This document shows positions 1-10,608 of a stretch of 64,000 nt of DNA, piece after piece. Location of the stretch: the NCBI GenBank assembly GCA_963691875.1, contig OY829846.1:1568001-1632000 (forward strand), read 5' to 3'. The position numbers and the translations under genes were made by a program. The notes under the pieces are model-generated. The model did not search any database and had not been told where the DNA came from. It worked only from the letters and a program-made list of their open reading frames with translations. This DNA comes from Aureliella sp. GTDB taxonomy: Bacteria; Planctomycetota; Planctomycetia; Pirellulales; Pirellulaceae. The first letter of the stretch is position 1. Every line of letters begins with the position of its first letter.

Positions 1-13
1 ACCGAAAAAGGAA

Positions 14-39
14 GGCCACCCAGTCGAAACTGGGTGGCC
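14..39 (-). terminator. Intrinsic terminator hairpin
   Basis: GGCCACCCAGT-CGAA-ACTGGGTGGCC perfect stem. The A-tract on its left is a U-tract on the minus strand. Confidence 0.7.
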
Positions 40-471
40 CCTATTGAGAGTCTCATTGCCCCTTGAAACTCTCAAATCCCAAAATTTCTCTTAATTACTA
101 TTCCCTGCGATCACGATGCGGTGTCAGCATAGCGATCACCGAAGCTGAAAGTATCCAAATCATTGGTTCCCAAATCAAAGGTCGAAAACCAACCCTAAGA
201 CTTACTCTTGAGCCATCAAATGATGAGCGCATCAAGAACGCTTTGAAACCGGTGCCGCCCTGGCGTGTTGAGTTAAGCGAAACGTCGAAGTCACTGACGA
301 AGAAAGCAGTACAATCAGACCCCTTCCAACGATCTTAGATTAAAGTCAAAAAAGAAAATTGTGCGAAGGTGTCTAGTGGAAGTGCTGCTTCGATTGCCTT
401 ATTATTGCGACAAAAGCAGCCCTCCGGATGGCGAAACTACGCCAACCGCTGTTTTTTTAAATCCCCGATTT

Positions 472-1140
472 ATGAACAGAAGTGTGCAAGTACAGGCAAC
501 GGCAAACGAGGAAATTGTGACGGCTCAAAGGAAAGCTCGTGTTCTGGTCTTGGATGACGACCCTGGCGTTCTTTCAGTTATCGGCCAACTGTTAAACGCA
601 CACGGATTTGCAGCGGAGGTATTCAGCTTACCCGCTGCACTGCTTGACTCACTCCACCCCGATGACATCGGATGTTTGGTAACGGATTTGGAAATGCCAC
701 ACATCAACGGCATGGAAGTCCAAAGGCGACTTATTGCCTCAGGCAGTTCCCTGGCGATCGTCGTGGTTACAGCCCACGCAGATGTCCCGCGTACGATCAA
801 AATCATGTCGCAGGGAGCAGTAACATTGCTAGAGAAGCCGTTCAAATCTCAGCAATTGGTCACCGCTGTGCATAATGCTGTCGAGATCAGTCGACGTACC
901 TTTGATCGTCGATCGCGTATCGAAAATTCTCAGAAGCTGATCGACAAACTAAGCGACGAAGAGTTACAGATCATGAAGCTGGCCGCGGCCGGAATGCCAA
1001 ACAAAACAATCAGCCTACAATTAGATCTTAGCCCACGTACTATCGACCGCCGCAGGCAGTCGGCGCTGCTCAAGCTTGATGTTGCATCGGTAGCTGACTT
1101 CGCGGTTATGTACGCGACCAGCCAACAAGAACTGGGTTAG
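472..1140 (+). CDS. FixJ/LuxR-family response regulator
   Basis: Receiver motifs VLDDD, CLVTDLEMP and LEKPF, plus a C-terminal LuxR HTH (GMPNKTISLQLDLSPRTI). ATG 472 preferred over GTG 361. Confidence 0.9.
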   Translation: MNRSVQVQATANEEIVTAQRKARVLVLDDDPGVLSVIGQLLNAHGFAAEVFSLPAALLDSLHPDDIGCLVTDLEMPHINGMEVQRRLIASGSSLAIVVVTAHADVPRTIKIMSQGAVTLLEKPFKSQQLVTAVHNAVEISRRTFDRRSRIENSQKLIDKLSDEELQIMKLAAAGMPNKTISLQLDLSPRTIDRRRQSALLKLDVASVADFAVMYATSQQELG

Positions 1141-1168
1141 CTCAAGAAGAAAACCACTACGGGAATAT

Positions 1169-1732
1169 CTACTGAGTTGGAAACTCAAACTTGAGCTGTT
1201 GATCATCCTCACTTCGGCCAAACTCTCGGTATAGCAGGCTCGGCTGAATACCATGATTGTTCTGGTACTTGCTGGAGCCTTGCTCCCGTACTTCTCCTTC
1301 CAAGGTGTGATACAGAATTTTGCAAACTTGAATTCCGGAGTAGATCCGAATCGGTTGGACGGCGAACATTTCCAAGGTCCAGTAACCCTTGAAGCCAGCA
1401 TCGCCGAATCCAGCGGTTGCATGAACGAACAGGCCCAAACGCGACAGCGAAGAGCGGCCTTCGATCATTGGCACAAGATCATGGGTCTCTGTGTGCTCTA
1501 CCGTTCGCCCCAAATAAATCTGATTGGGGCTAAGAACTAAACCTGCGGGTGGAATTTCAATTCTCCGATGCCGGTTGGGCTCCTTCAGGTCGAGGACAAC
1601 CTCTTCGTAAACCAGCAATTCGTTGTGGAGAGTGAGATCGTAGCCGTTGGTTCCTAGCTGGGCTTCGGAAAACGGGTCGATCTTGATTTGCGAACCCATT
1701 CGGTTCTTAATTTCAGCGCCCGAAAGAATCAT
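1169..1732 (-). CDS. dcd: dCTP deaminase
   Basis: MILS start, GYDLTL, IEGRSSLSRLGL, AGFGDAGFKG and SKYQ motifs. Confidence 0.92.
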   Translation of the reverse strand: MILSGAEIKNRMGSQIKIDPFSEAQLGTNGYDLTLHNELLVYEEVVLDLKEPNRHRRIEIPPAGLVLSPNQIYLGRTVEHTETHDLVPMIEGRSSLSRLGLFVHATAGFGDAGFKGYWTLEMFAVQPIRIYSGIQVCKILYHTLEGEVREQGSSKYQNNHGIQPSLLYREFGRSEDDQQLKFEFPTQ

Positions 1733-2095
1733 GAGCGAACTTCAGGAGGGGTTACAAGGCGGGTATTGACACAGAAAAGAGAACTTAGCAGATGGGAACC
1801 CGTTACCCAATCTTTTCGTCACATATTGCCAGATGCGCTATGATATGACAATGCAGCAGCACGCAATTCTTCTTGAATCGATGATGTGTGCATTTTCGTC
1901 GTTCAATAGGATTGCAGACGCGTACGTTGATTGAGGAGACGTTGTGGCTCTCGACATATGCTGAAATAAGGAAAGTTCGTTGTTCTCAAGAGTTTATCGA
2001 AGAGTCCGGCAACTTAAAGTTACGGCAAGTCAATACGGAAGGCGATTTGGGGACGCTGCTCCTTCACTAGCGTCTCATTTTGGGTAAGGGAATTC

Positions 2096-2797
2096 ATGAC
2101 GGAAATCCAAGGTAGCGCAGACTGGCCACAAGATTTCTGTGGGACAGTACGTCTGTTCCCTCTACCCAATCTCGTTCTTTTTCCTAACGTTCTACAGCCA
2201 CTGCATATATTCGAGCCACGCTATTGCGACATGCTCGCAGAGGCGATGAGTTCGGATAGGCTGATCGCAATGGCGTTTCTTCATCAGGGCTGGGAGCATA
2301 AGTACCTTCAAAGGCCAGCTATTGCGACGGGCGTCTGCGTTGGCAAAGTAATCTCGCACAGCCCAACAGAAGACGGCCGGCACAACATTTTGTTGATCGG
2401 GATGAAGCGCGGGCAGATTATCGAAGAACTCGATACGGACAATTCATTTCGCAAGGCGACAGTCAAAATACTGGAAGATCGTTATCCAATCGAAGATACC
2501 GGTGGTCGTGGTGATTTGACGGATCGATTGCGTAAGCTTTTCGCGTCCTTCGTGCCCGCTGCCATGTCCTCTGACAATGATATGCTCATGCACGAGGCAC
2601 CATTGGGACAATTAACGGATCACATCACACACGTCCTCAATCTTCCGCTTAAGGTGAAACTCCGTTTGCTCGAGGAGCCGAATGTTGATTTCCGCTGCCG
2701 ACTTCTGATTCGCTGCTTGGAGCAACAGCTTGAGCGAAATGGAGTGACCGAGGCAAGCTTTGCCAACGAATTCCCGCCCAAGTTCTCGCAAAACTAG
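2096..2797 (+). CDS. Lon peptidase N-terminal substrate-binding domain protein
   Basis: LFPLPNLVLFP..PLHIFEPRY signature; no AAA+ or protease domain. Confidence 0.9.
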   Translation: MTEIQGSADWPQDFCGTVRLFPLPNLVLFPNVLQPLHIFEPRYCDMLAEAMSSDRLIAMAFLHQGWEHKYLQRPAIATGVCVGKVISHSPTEDGRHNILLIGMKRGQIIEELDTDNSFRKATVKILEDRYPIEDTGGRGDLTDRLRKLFASFVPAAMSSDNDMLMHEAPLGQLTDHITHVLNLPLKVKLRLLEEPNVDFRCRLLIRCLEQQLERNGVTEASFANEFPPKFSQN

Positions 2798-2899
2798 CGA
2801 CACCATAAACGTCCTCCGGTAGCTCAAGCCACCATCGGACGAGTGAGTGTCCTGGGAGATTTCGTTTTTCCGAGCCAAACTTTCGATTCGCGGCTTTGG

Positions 2900-3270
2900 T
2901 CGAGGCACTCGTAAACACGCCCAGATTGGAGAAAAGACCTGAGATCCGCAAGTCGAAACAGCTTGCGAAAATACCATTCATCGGGACAAGTCACTTAATT
3001 TGCGATCTCTTTGTCATGGCCGCTCGTCAGCATGACCTTCGCATCGGGACGAATCTCTCGGATTTGCATCCGGGTTTCGGTTTCGTCCCAATGGGTATCA
3101 TCAAAATCTAATCTCGCTAAGTCGAATTCCAGTGAAGCGGCTTGGGATTGTTCAACCGCTTGCCAGCCATCATCAACAACCATCACTTCGAATCCCATGC
3201 GGTAAGGTAAACGTGAGGTTGCTTGCGGCACACAGCCTTCGTCTTCTGCGAGCAGGATAGTCGGGCGTCT
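2900..3270 (-). pseudogene. Degenerate receiver (CheY-like) domain
   Basis: TILLAEDE...FDLARLD...VMLTSGH, then an in-frame TAA (2995-2997) before a YFRKLFRLADL tail resembling the KPF motif. Confidence 0.55.
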
Positions 3271-3370
3271 TACAAAACCCTGATGGCGTGAATGCGCATT
3301 TCCGTTTTCTATGTGGGAAGGCCTAGGAACTGATAAAGAAGCAAAGAGGCAAGACCGTGCTTTCAAGAGA

Positions 3371-4570
3371 CTACTTTTGCCTGGATATCGTTCCGGTAAA
3401 CAGGTTCAGATAGACTCGGTAACCCTCTTTCTCCATTTCATTTCGAGGAATAAAACGCAGGGCGGCCGAATTCATACAGTATCGCTTCCCGCCTCGATGC
3501 GGAGGCCCATCGTTGAAAACGTGCCCCAAGTGGGAGTCACCATAGCGCGACCGCACCTCGACTCGTGGCAACACCATTTTGAAATCTTGCTTGAAGTAAA
3601 CTGCATCGCCTTCAATCGGCTTCACGAAGGACGGCCAACCAGTGCCAGAGTGATACTTGTCAACCGAAGAGAATAGCGGTGCACCGGAGACAACATCAAC
3701 GTAGATCCCCTCACGCTTGTTATTCCAGTAAGCGTTGCTATGAGCCGGTTCGGTCCCGTCTTCTTGAGTCACTTTGAACTCCATCGGTTTGAGCGTTTTC
3801 TTGAGCTCAGCAAGCTGTGGTTTCTTGAAAGTGATCCACGGTCGGTCTTTGAAATCCTCTTCTGTTGGGCGCGACTCTGGCAATTCAAGCACCATCGCCC
3901 GACGCCCCCAGTGCTTCCGGACAAACGCATCGCGTCCGGATTGAAACCGAAAGTAGTTGTACTTGATGGCGTTTTTGCGGTGATAATCTTGGTGATATGG
4001 CTCTGCAGGCCAAAACTGTTCACGTTCGATAACTTCTACAATAATCTTTTTACCGAGAAACACGTCCAGGGTGTCGAGAGCTTCGATAGCTTTCTTGGCC
4101 GCCTCCTGCTCCTTGTCGTCTGCATAGTAGATCGCAGGTGAGTACTGCTTGCCTTTGTCCTGGAATTGCCCAGCCCGGTCCGTTGCATCAACATGCTTAA
4201 TCAACCACTCCACGAGTCCGGCATAGGCGATTTTCCGCCTGTCATAAGTCACCAGGACGACCTCGCGATGCCCACCCGACGCATATGTTTTGTAAGTGGG
4301 ATTTTTTGTTCGACCGCCGCTGTATCCCGAAACCACATCCACGACACCAGGGCACTTCTCAAAGTCTGTTTCAACGCACCAGAAACAACCGCCAGCCAAC
4401 ACCGCGGTGCCAAAGTTGTTGTTTACCGGTGAATGGAGGGCAGGCTGAGCGAGAGTCAACGGTGCTGAAAAGAAGAGCACGCCAGCCGAGATGGAACAGA
4501 ATGTTGCTCGAGTAATTGTAAACGCCCGCACGATTTGCTCCCTTAGTTCTGAGTGAAGCGGCATTCTCAC
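3371..4570 (-). CDS. msrAB: Bifunctional peptide-methionine sulfoxide reductase MsrA-MsrB, probably exported
   Basis: AGGCFWC and AEPYHQDY (MsrA); SGTGWPSF, HLGHVF and RYCMNSAAL (MsrB); hydrophobic N-terminus. Confidence 0.95.
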   Translation of the reverse strand: MRMPLHSELREQIVRAFTITRATFCSISAGVLFFSAPLTLAQPALHSPVNNNFGTAVLAGGCFWCVETDFEKCPGVVDVVSGYSGGRTKNPTYKTYASGGHREVVLVTYDRRKIAYAGLVEWLIKHVDATDRAGQFQDKGKQYSPAIYYADDKEQEAAKKAIEALDTLDVFLGKKIIVEVIEREQFWPAEPYHQDYHRKNAIKYNYFRFQSGRDAFVRKHWGRRAMVLELPESRPTEEDFKDRPWITFKKPQLAELKKTLKPMEFKVTQEDGTEPAHSNAYWNNKREGIYVDVVSGAPLFSSVDKYHSGTGWPSFVKPIEGDAVYFKQDFKMVLPRVEVRSRYGDSHLGHVFNDGPPHRGGKRYCMNSAALRFIPRNEMEKEGYRVYLNLFTGTISRQK

Positions 4571-4834
4571 AACAGATTTTAACTCATCGTCAAACCGTGC
4601 CCCAAGCCGTTTCCCGCGATGCTTGAATCAGCTCTCAGTAATCAACGCTGAAAAACTGCCGAATAGCTTGCCGCCACCGTCACGTATTGAGATTCGCCGA
4701 AATTCCTCGCCGTGCTCTTAGCATGAGAAGGGCCTCCCGGAGCTTACAGCTCGCCCCTTAACAAGCGGAGATTGCCGGGTTCGACGCTCGCCGCAAGCTC
4801 AAACTCGTCGATTCAGCACCGAAATATCCTCGCA

Positions 4835-5104
4835 TTACAGCCACCAAGATTCCTTCGCGCGCTCCAACGCAGCACTCTGCCCGTCGTTGAACTCATATGA
4901 ATTCGCATTGATGCGTGTGAATGTGTGCGTCCGCCAGTTTCCGCGGTGGTGAAACGAGTAGTCCACGAAACATTGCCCATAATCACGCGTTTCAAACACC
5001 GTGGATAGCAACTGCATCAAATCAATATCTGACAGCACCTTCTCGCGCCAACGAACAAACGCATTTTGCTGAGTTCGCCTCTCATCGTTTTGGCAAAAGC
5101 TCAT
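4835..5104 (-). CDS. Hypothetical protein (89 aa)
   Basis: ATGA start/stop overlap with the upstream GNAT gene suggests translational coupling; no motif recognised. Confidence 0.45.
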   Translation of the reverse strand: MSFCQNDERRTQQNAFVRWREKVLSDIDLMQLLSTVFETRDYGQCFVDYSFHHRGNWRTHTFTRINANSYEFNDGQSAALERAKESWWL

Positions 5105-5712
5105 TTCAGGTCATTAAATTCGGCTCGGTCACGCAACGGATAAAAGAGAGCCCGTTTTTGGTGCGGTAAAGTGTAATCAAAGCCCAGGCTATGCAAGAAC
5201 TGCTCGGAGGAACTGATGGCCATGACTTCCATCACACCTTTCGCCTTCGCTAATGCAACGCACTTTTGCACAAGCAATCCTCCAATTCCGTGTCCCTGAT
5301 GCCGCCCAGCGACAGCTAAACACAGGATTTCTGCGAGCTTCTTCGAGTAGATCTCGACAGAACAGAAGCCTACAACACGATACTCCGCATCCGCTTGATG
5401 CACAGCAACAAAACCTGTGCTGATAAGATTGGAGATCTCCGCTTCGCTGCGCCGTAGCAGGACTTCGTTATGCACAAAGGGCTCTAGCACTGCCACAATG
5501 CCATGCAAGTCTTCTGTGTCCGCAGCCCGAACGGTGTAGCCACCGGGTAGTTTCCCAGAACCTGAATGTGGGCCAACGTTCTGCTGATCTTCTCGGGACA
5601 ATTGTCGTTTTCCTGTAGATACTTTGACCCAAAGTCGTCGCGTCGTCTTGACGACATCCGCTACATGTGACCCCAAATAGAGGCTCCTCAATTGCTGCCG
5701 ATTCTTACCCAC
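5101..5712 (-). CDS. GNAT acetyltransferase, short ArgA-like (N-acetylglutamate synthase)
   Basis: LLRRS, LAEILCLAV..HQGHGIGGLLV and FLHSLGF; directly downstream of argE. The true start is probably downstream of 5712. Confidence 0.8.
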   Translation of the reverse strand: MGKNRQQLRSLYLGSHVADVVKTTRRLWVKVSTGKRQLSREDQQNVGPHSGSGKLPGGYTVRAADTEDLHGIVAVLEPFVHNEVLLRRSEAEISNLISTGFVAVHQADAEYRVVGFCSVEIYSKKLAEILCLAVAGRHQGHGIGGLLVQKCVALAKAKGVMEVMAISSSEQFLHSLGFDYTLPHQKRALFYPLRDRAEFNDLK

Positions 5713-5724
5713 TCACTTACCCAC

Positions 5725-6882
5725 TCACAGTTGTGGCAACCGACGAAAAACGCTTTCAAACACTTCGACACCTCGCTCCAATTGAGTCAACTCGATAAAC
5801 TCGTCCGGACGATGTGCCTGCTCGATACTGCCTGGCCCCAGCACAAGCAACTGTTTCAGAGCTTGCAAGAAGCATCCATCGGTCGCGTAACATACTGCAT
5901 TCGCCACAGTCTGATCAAGCAAACGAAGCATGGCCTGCACACCTGGTTGCTCCGGAGCTGTATTCAGAGGCCTTAGCGGTGGAAATTGTCTGAGGATCAA
6001 TTGAAGTTCTTTCGCCTTGAGCGCAATTTCTTCGCACAATTCAAGCCAAGGCGTTTCAGCCATGGGACGCAGGAAGACGTGAGCCTTGGCCACTCCAACC
6101 GTAATGTTGGATGCTTGCGGCTCGTTTTCCAGCACCACGTTCATCGTCATGGTTTGGGGATCAAAAGTGTCATTCTGATACTTGGCCTCCGTTTCCAGAC
6201 GTTCGTTCAACTCTCCAAGCCAGGCGAGAAATGGAATCAATGTCCAGTTCGCATTCTCTCCGTCAGCCGTACTGCTGTGTGCGGCCACGCCACGGGACTC
6301 TACTTCAAGGTGACAGACGCCTTTGTGAGCATGGACCAGTTCTAGCGAAGTTGGTTCGCCAATGATGGCTGGAGTTTGAGCCCGTACCATCTGGTCAAAC
6401 AACTCTGAATCCAGCGCGATGCCGGAAGCCCCCGCCATTCCACATTCTTCGTCACCCGTGATGAAGAAGTACAGCGGCCCTTGCTGTTCCTCCCTGGGGA
6501 TGCGCTCGATCGCTTTCATCGCCGTGGCGATAGAGCCCTTCATGTCGCAGGTCCCTCGGCCCCACATTTTGTCTTCCGCTACGCGAGCGTCGAAAGGTTC
6601 GCTGTGTTTGCAATTCCAGCCTTCAATCGGGACGACATCGTTGTGACAGAAATAGCCAACACCTGCTGAGTCCGAAGTCTTAATCGGATGGCGTATGGCT
6701 TCGAGTCGCGTTTTCACAACGCCGTGCAAATCTTTGTAAATGACATCCTGCACCTCAAATCCCAGATCCTCCAAGAACTCAGCACAGACGTCGCTTACTT
6801 GGTGGTTTGGCTGGGTCGTCACGGAGTCGGCCTGTACCAAGGTTTGGGTTAGCGCGATGAGTTCAGGGATTTGCGAATGCAT
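5725..6882 (-). CDS. argE: Acetylornithine deacetylase (M20 family)
   Basis: HNDVVP, GRGTCDMKG, DEECG, IIGEPT, ATDG and GPGSIEQAHRPDEFI. Confidence 0.85.
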   Translation of the reverse strand: MHSQIPELIALTQTLVQADSVTTQPNHQVSDVCAEFLEDLGFEVQDVIYKDLHGVVKTRLEAIRHPIKTSDSAGVGYFCHNDVVPIEGWNCKHSEPFDARVAEDKMWGRGTCDMKGSIATAMKAIERIPREEQQGPLYFFITGDEECGMAGASGIALDSELFDQMVRAQTPAIIGEPTSLELVHAHKGVCHLEVESRGVAAHSSTADGENANWTLIPFLAWLGELNERLETEAKYQNDTFDPQTMTMNVVLENEPQASNITVGVAKAHVFLRPMAETPWLELCEEIALKAKELQLILRQFPPLRPLNTAPEQPGVQAMLRLLDQTVANAVCYATDGCFLQALKQLLVLGPGSIEQAHRPDEFIELTQLERGVEVFESVFRRLPQL

Positions 6883-7090
6883 AGGGATTCTATCGAAATT
6901 CGGGATTGGCTCACCATGACAATCCTACTCCATTGTGAAGTCGCTGTTAATGGAGAGTTCCCAGCGGCTTGTTCGGGTGGATTCAGTGAAAGCCGGCTGC
7001 GAAGTCCTTTTGGCTTTAACACAGTCTTGGTATGCTTGCCCATTAGGACTTTCGTTCAAAACGCATCATGGCAGAAGGCAAGACTGGAAC

Positions 7091-8398
7091 ATGATTGAGG
7101 CTGACCCCCGCTCCGTGTTGGCACTAATTCTCGGTGGTGGACGTGGCACACGACTCTTCCCACTCACCAAGTATCGCTCCAAACCAGCCGTACCGTTGGC
7201 GGGCAAGTACCGTCTGATCGATATTCCTATTTCGAATTGCATCAACAGCAATATCAACAAGATGCTGGTCCTCACGCAGTTCATGTCGAACTCCCTGCAC
7301 ATGCACATTCGACAAACTTACCGTTTTGACGGTTTCAGTGGCGGCTTCGTCGACATTCTTGCGGCCCAGCAGACGATGGACGCCGGTACAGACTGGTACG
7401 AAGGCACGGCCGATGCAGTCCGCAAGAACCTTCAAAACTTGGATCATAAAGGCATCAAGCACGTTCTGATCCTTTCCGGTGACCAGCTATATCGCATGGA
7501 CTATCGCACGATGTTGCAAAAGCACGTCTCAAGTGGTGCTGACGCCACCATTGCAGCCTTGCCTGTTGAGCGCGAGGACGCCAAGTCGCTGGGCGTGATG
7601 CGCTGCGACAAGGAGGGCCGCGTGACGGGCTTTCTGGAGAAGCCGCAGACTGACGAAGAAATCAACATGGTTACCATGGATCCCGCTTGGATTGACAAAC
7701 AAGGCGTTACATCGAACGGACGTGAATGCCTCGCCAGTATGGGCCTTTACATCTTTGACCGTGACTTCTTGTTCGATGTACTAGAGAAAACAGACTACAG
7801 CGACTTTGGCAAGGAAGTTTTTCCCGCAGCCATTCGAAGCCGCAATGTGCAGGTGCACATGTTTGATAGCTTTTGGGAAGACATCGGAACAATCAAAGCA
7901 TTTTATGACGCCAATCTGCAGCTCGCTCAACCCGAGCCGCCGTTTGACCTTGTTTCACCTTCAGCACCGGTGTTTTCGCGCGCCCGATTCTTGCCACCTG
8001 CCATTATTGAAGGCGCTACAATCGAAAACAGCTTGATCGCGGACGGATGTCGCATCGGCAGCGGTGCTGTCATCGAGAACAGCGTCATTGGCTTGCGTTG
8101 TCTGATTGGCGAAAACGCTGTCATCAAAAACAGCATCGTCATGGGTTCCGACTTCTTCGATACTGAGGAAGAGGTCGACGCATTCGTGCAGCATGGTGAA
8201 CCACCAGTCGGCATTGGCTCGGGTTCACGCGTGATCAATGCAATTCTCGACAAGAATTGCCAACTTGGCGAGAACGTGGTCATTGAGAATACGTCCGGAG
8301 TCGAGAGCAGCGACGACCGTTATCCTTGCTACATTCGCGACGGCATTCCAATCGTAGTCAAAGGCGGAATGCTCGCCGACAACTGGAAGCTCAGCTAG
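7091..8398 (+). CDS. glgC: Glucose-1-phosphate adenylyltransferase
   Basis: ILGGGRGTRLFPLT..RSKPAVP, WYEGTADAVR, LSGDQLYRMDY, DFGKEV and WEDIGT. Confidence 0.97.
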   Translation: MIEADPRSVLALILGGGRGTRLFPLTKYRSKPAVPLAGKYRLIDIPISNCINSNINKMLVLTQFMSNSLHMHIRQTYRFDGFSGGFVDILAAQQTMDAGTDWYEGTADAVRKNLQNLDHKGIKHVLILSGDQLYRMDYRTMLQKHVSSGADATIAALPVEREDAKSLGVMRCDKEGRVTGFLEKPQTDEEINMVTMDPAWIDKQGVTSNGRECLASMGLYIFDRDFLFDVLEKTDYSDFGKEVFPAAIRSRNVQVHMFDSFWEDIGTIKAFYDANLQLAQPEPPFDLVSPSAPVFSRARFLPPAIIEGATIENSLIADGCRIGSGAVIENSVIGLRCLIGENAVIKNSIVMGSDFFDTEEEVDAFVQHGEPPVGIGSGSRVINAILDKNCQLGENVVIENTSGVESSDDRYPCYIRDGIPIVVKGGMLADNWKLS

Positions 8399-9445
8399 CC
8401 CTCCTACCGCGATATGCTCCCTCGCTCCAGATACCTGCATTGGCAAATGAGCCCAATCCCCATAGCCGCCTTATGGGTTCTCTAACCTTTCGGACTTCTC
8501 TAGGGTACTTACCTTGCTGAGCGTGGAAGGGCTAGTTCCGACACGTAGCTTGTAAGCTCTTTTCTTCTGGTTTTGGCTCCTGCCGAGCACGTCTCTAGGC
8601 TTTAAACGATCATAAAGTAAGGAAAACGCCCTGCAGCCGAAGCGTTACCCACTGTACAGGCTGAAGCGGCACCAGACCTCCGCGGGCACGAGGTGGTTCG
8701 TGCGATCCTTTACTGGCGAGAACAGTTCACGATAGCGGGGTTTCGGAATGGTCGAACAACTCGAATGTCATGGCGTTGCTTCAAATTGCTATTAATCAAA
8801 TCGCTATTGAGTTAGTCTGAATGGTCGAGCCACGACTTTCTGGTGTCGCAATCAAACCTGCGGGAGATTTCGCTGAGATTCATAGGTCCACTAGTCGCAA
8901 ATACCGCTGCAACTCGCTTTTTACCGGGGCGGAGACCGATGAACATAGCACCTTGCTTACCCCGCCACAGCTAACGGCACCCATCGTTATTCAATCTCCA
9001 CCCCCGATTAGCCCTCCCCAGACGGCAATCCAATCCGATTTCGAGTCGGAGCGGTAGGATACTCACTAGCACATATCAAGAGTGTCGATGCCAGTGCAAA
9101 AACCGAGGTCGAGCATCTTGAGATGACAACTGGATTTGGCGGCAAGATTCCATTTCGAGCTATAAACGAGGGGAATCGAATCCGTCACGTCCAGATGCAA
9201 GCCCATCCCTTCGGTAACTACAGCCTAACGTCCACGTTAGCACAGCACCAAATGAATGCCGATTCTGCAAAGATGCTGTCGGGTAAAGTGGGATGGGTAA
9301 CCTTGCCTTAGCCACACGCTACCCTTGGATGCTTCCTGTTCTGCTCGGTCCAAGAATGGGTGCAGGAGAATATTCAGCTAGCTTGGGCACGCAATACCTA
9401 GTCTGTCACCCAAGAGCAGAAGGCAGCGAGGCAAACACTGCAAGA

Positions 9446-10537
9446 TCACCTTGTTGCTTTCAGCTGTTCGGCGAAGCGTTCGAGTTCTCTCTGAGATTTT
9501 AAATCTTCAGGTAGGGGCTCCTCATGAAATGCAGGAAGTAATTTTTCCCACACGAGTTTCAGCTCGCCGCCCATATTTCGGGTTTTCGACGTGATGGCGA
9601 TCACAGCATCTTGCTCCGGAAATACGATGCAGAACTGCCCATCCCTGCCGTCGCCGCGATATGCCCCATGCGTGCAACGCCAGAACTGAAAACCATATCC
9701 CTGATTCCAATCGTTGTCAGGGTCATTTCCATTTGAAACCTGTTTAGCCGTTGCTTTCTCAATCCATTCTTGCGGCAAGATTAGCTTGTCATGCCATCGT
9801 CCCTTTTGCAAATAGAGCTGGCCAAACTTCGCGATATCTTCGGTTCGTAAATACAAACCATAGCCTCCGAGTGAGACACCTTGCGGGCACGCATCCCATC
9901 TTGGTGGTTTGATCCCCAGTGGATCGAACAAACGTGGCTGCAAATATTCAACAACCTTCTCACCGGTCGCCTCTTGCACAATGCGAGACAACATGTAGGA
10001 ACCGGGAGTGTTGTATTTAAAATGAGTTCCCGGCAAGTGTGGGACAGGATGATTCAGAAAGGCTTCCGCCCAGTTTTTCACCTCGGAATTTAAGTGAACT
10101 TCCTGCTGATGGCCGCAAGTCATCGTCAGCAGATCGATCACTCGCATCGCTTTCAGGTTCTTGGAAGGACTCTTCTCAAATTCATGCTCGGAAAAGAAAC
10201 CGAGGACTTTGTCATAAACATCGAGCTTGCCTTCTTGAACGGCAAAACCAACAGCTGTCGAAGTGAAACTCTTGCTGAGTGACCATAGAATGTGGGGCTT
10301 GTTTGCTGATTCTGGCGACCACCATACTTCCGTTACTACCTTGCCATGACGCAGGATCATCAGACTGTGAATTGAGTCCACCTGTTCATCGGCGACCCGA
10401 ACGAACTCTAAAACTTGCTTTGTTGAGACCCCCTGCGTTTCGGCGGTTGCACGAGGAAGGCTCTTTTGTGCTGACGCAGTAGAACCAAGTGTTGCCAACA
10501 GCGCTAAGGCCATCGGCAGTTTGTAGTGCCTGAACAT
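9446..10537 (-). CDS. Serine hydrolase (class C beta-lactamase-like)
   Basis: Signal peptide, SLSK (SxxK), LLTMT, FKYN and YGFQFW. Confidence 0.88.
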   Translation of the reverse strand: MFRHYKLPMALALLATLGSTASAQKSLPRATAETQGVSTKQVLEFVRVADEQVDSIHSLMILRHGKVVTEVWWSPESANKPHILWSLSKSFTSTAVGFAVQEGKLDVYDKVLGFFSEHEFEKSPSKNLKAMRVIDLLTMTCGHQQEVHLNSEVKNWAEAFLNHPVPHLPGTHFKYNTPGSYMLSRIVQEATGEKVVEYLQPRLFDPLGIKPPRWDACPQGVSLGGYGLYLRTEDIAKFGQLYLQKGRWHDKLILPQEWIEKATAKQVSNGNDPDNDWNQGYGFQFWRCTHGAYRGDGRDGQFCIVFPEQDAVIAITSKTRNMGGELKLVWEKLLPAFHEEPLPEDLKSQRELERFAEQLKATR

Positions 10538-10608
10538 CCGGAAAGTCCCATTCTTAATAGCAAGCAAATCTGACAATAGAAAGTTCAGCCGGAGAAATCC
10601 CATCGGCA

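Noticed and set aside
63..338. 91-aa plus-strand ORF and a ~21-26-aa hydrophobic minus-strand ORF ending near the terminator
   Set aside because: No recognisable motif or clear RBS; neither can be supported.
8660..8710. GGGCAC loop with downstream GTGC, as in c-di-GMP-II riboswitches; also an HDV-like GGGTAAC-GCTTCGGC on the minus strand
   Set aside because: Lacks the GGAA/kink-turn and AGUA..AACCGACC elements, and no HDV P1/P3 nesting could be built. Kept only as an unassigned structure.
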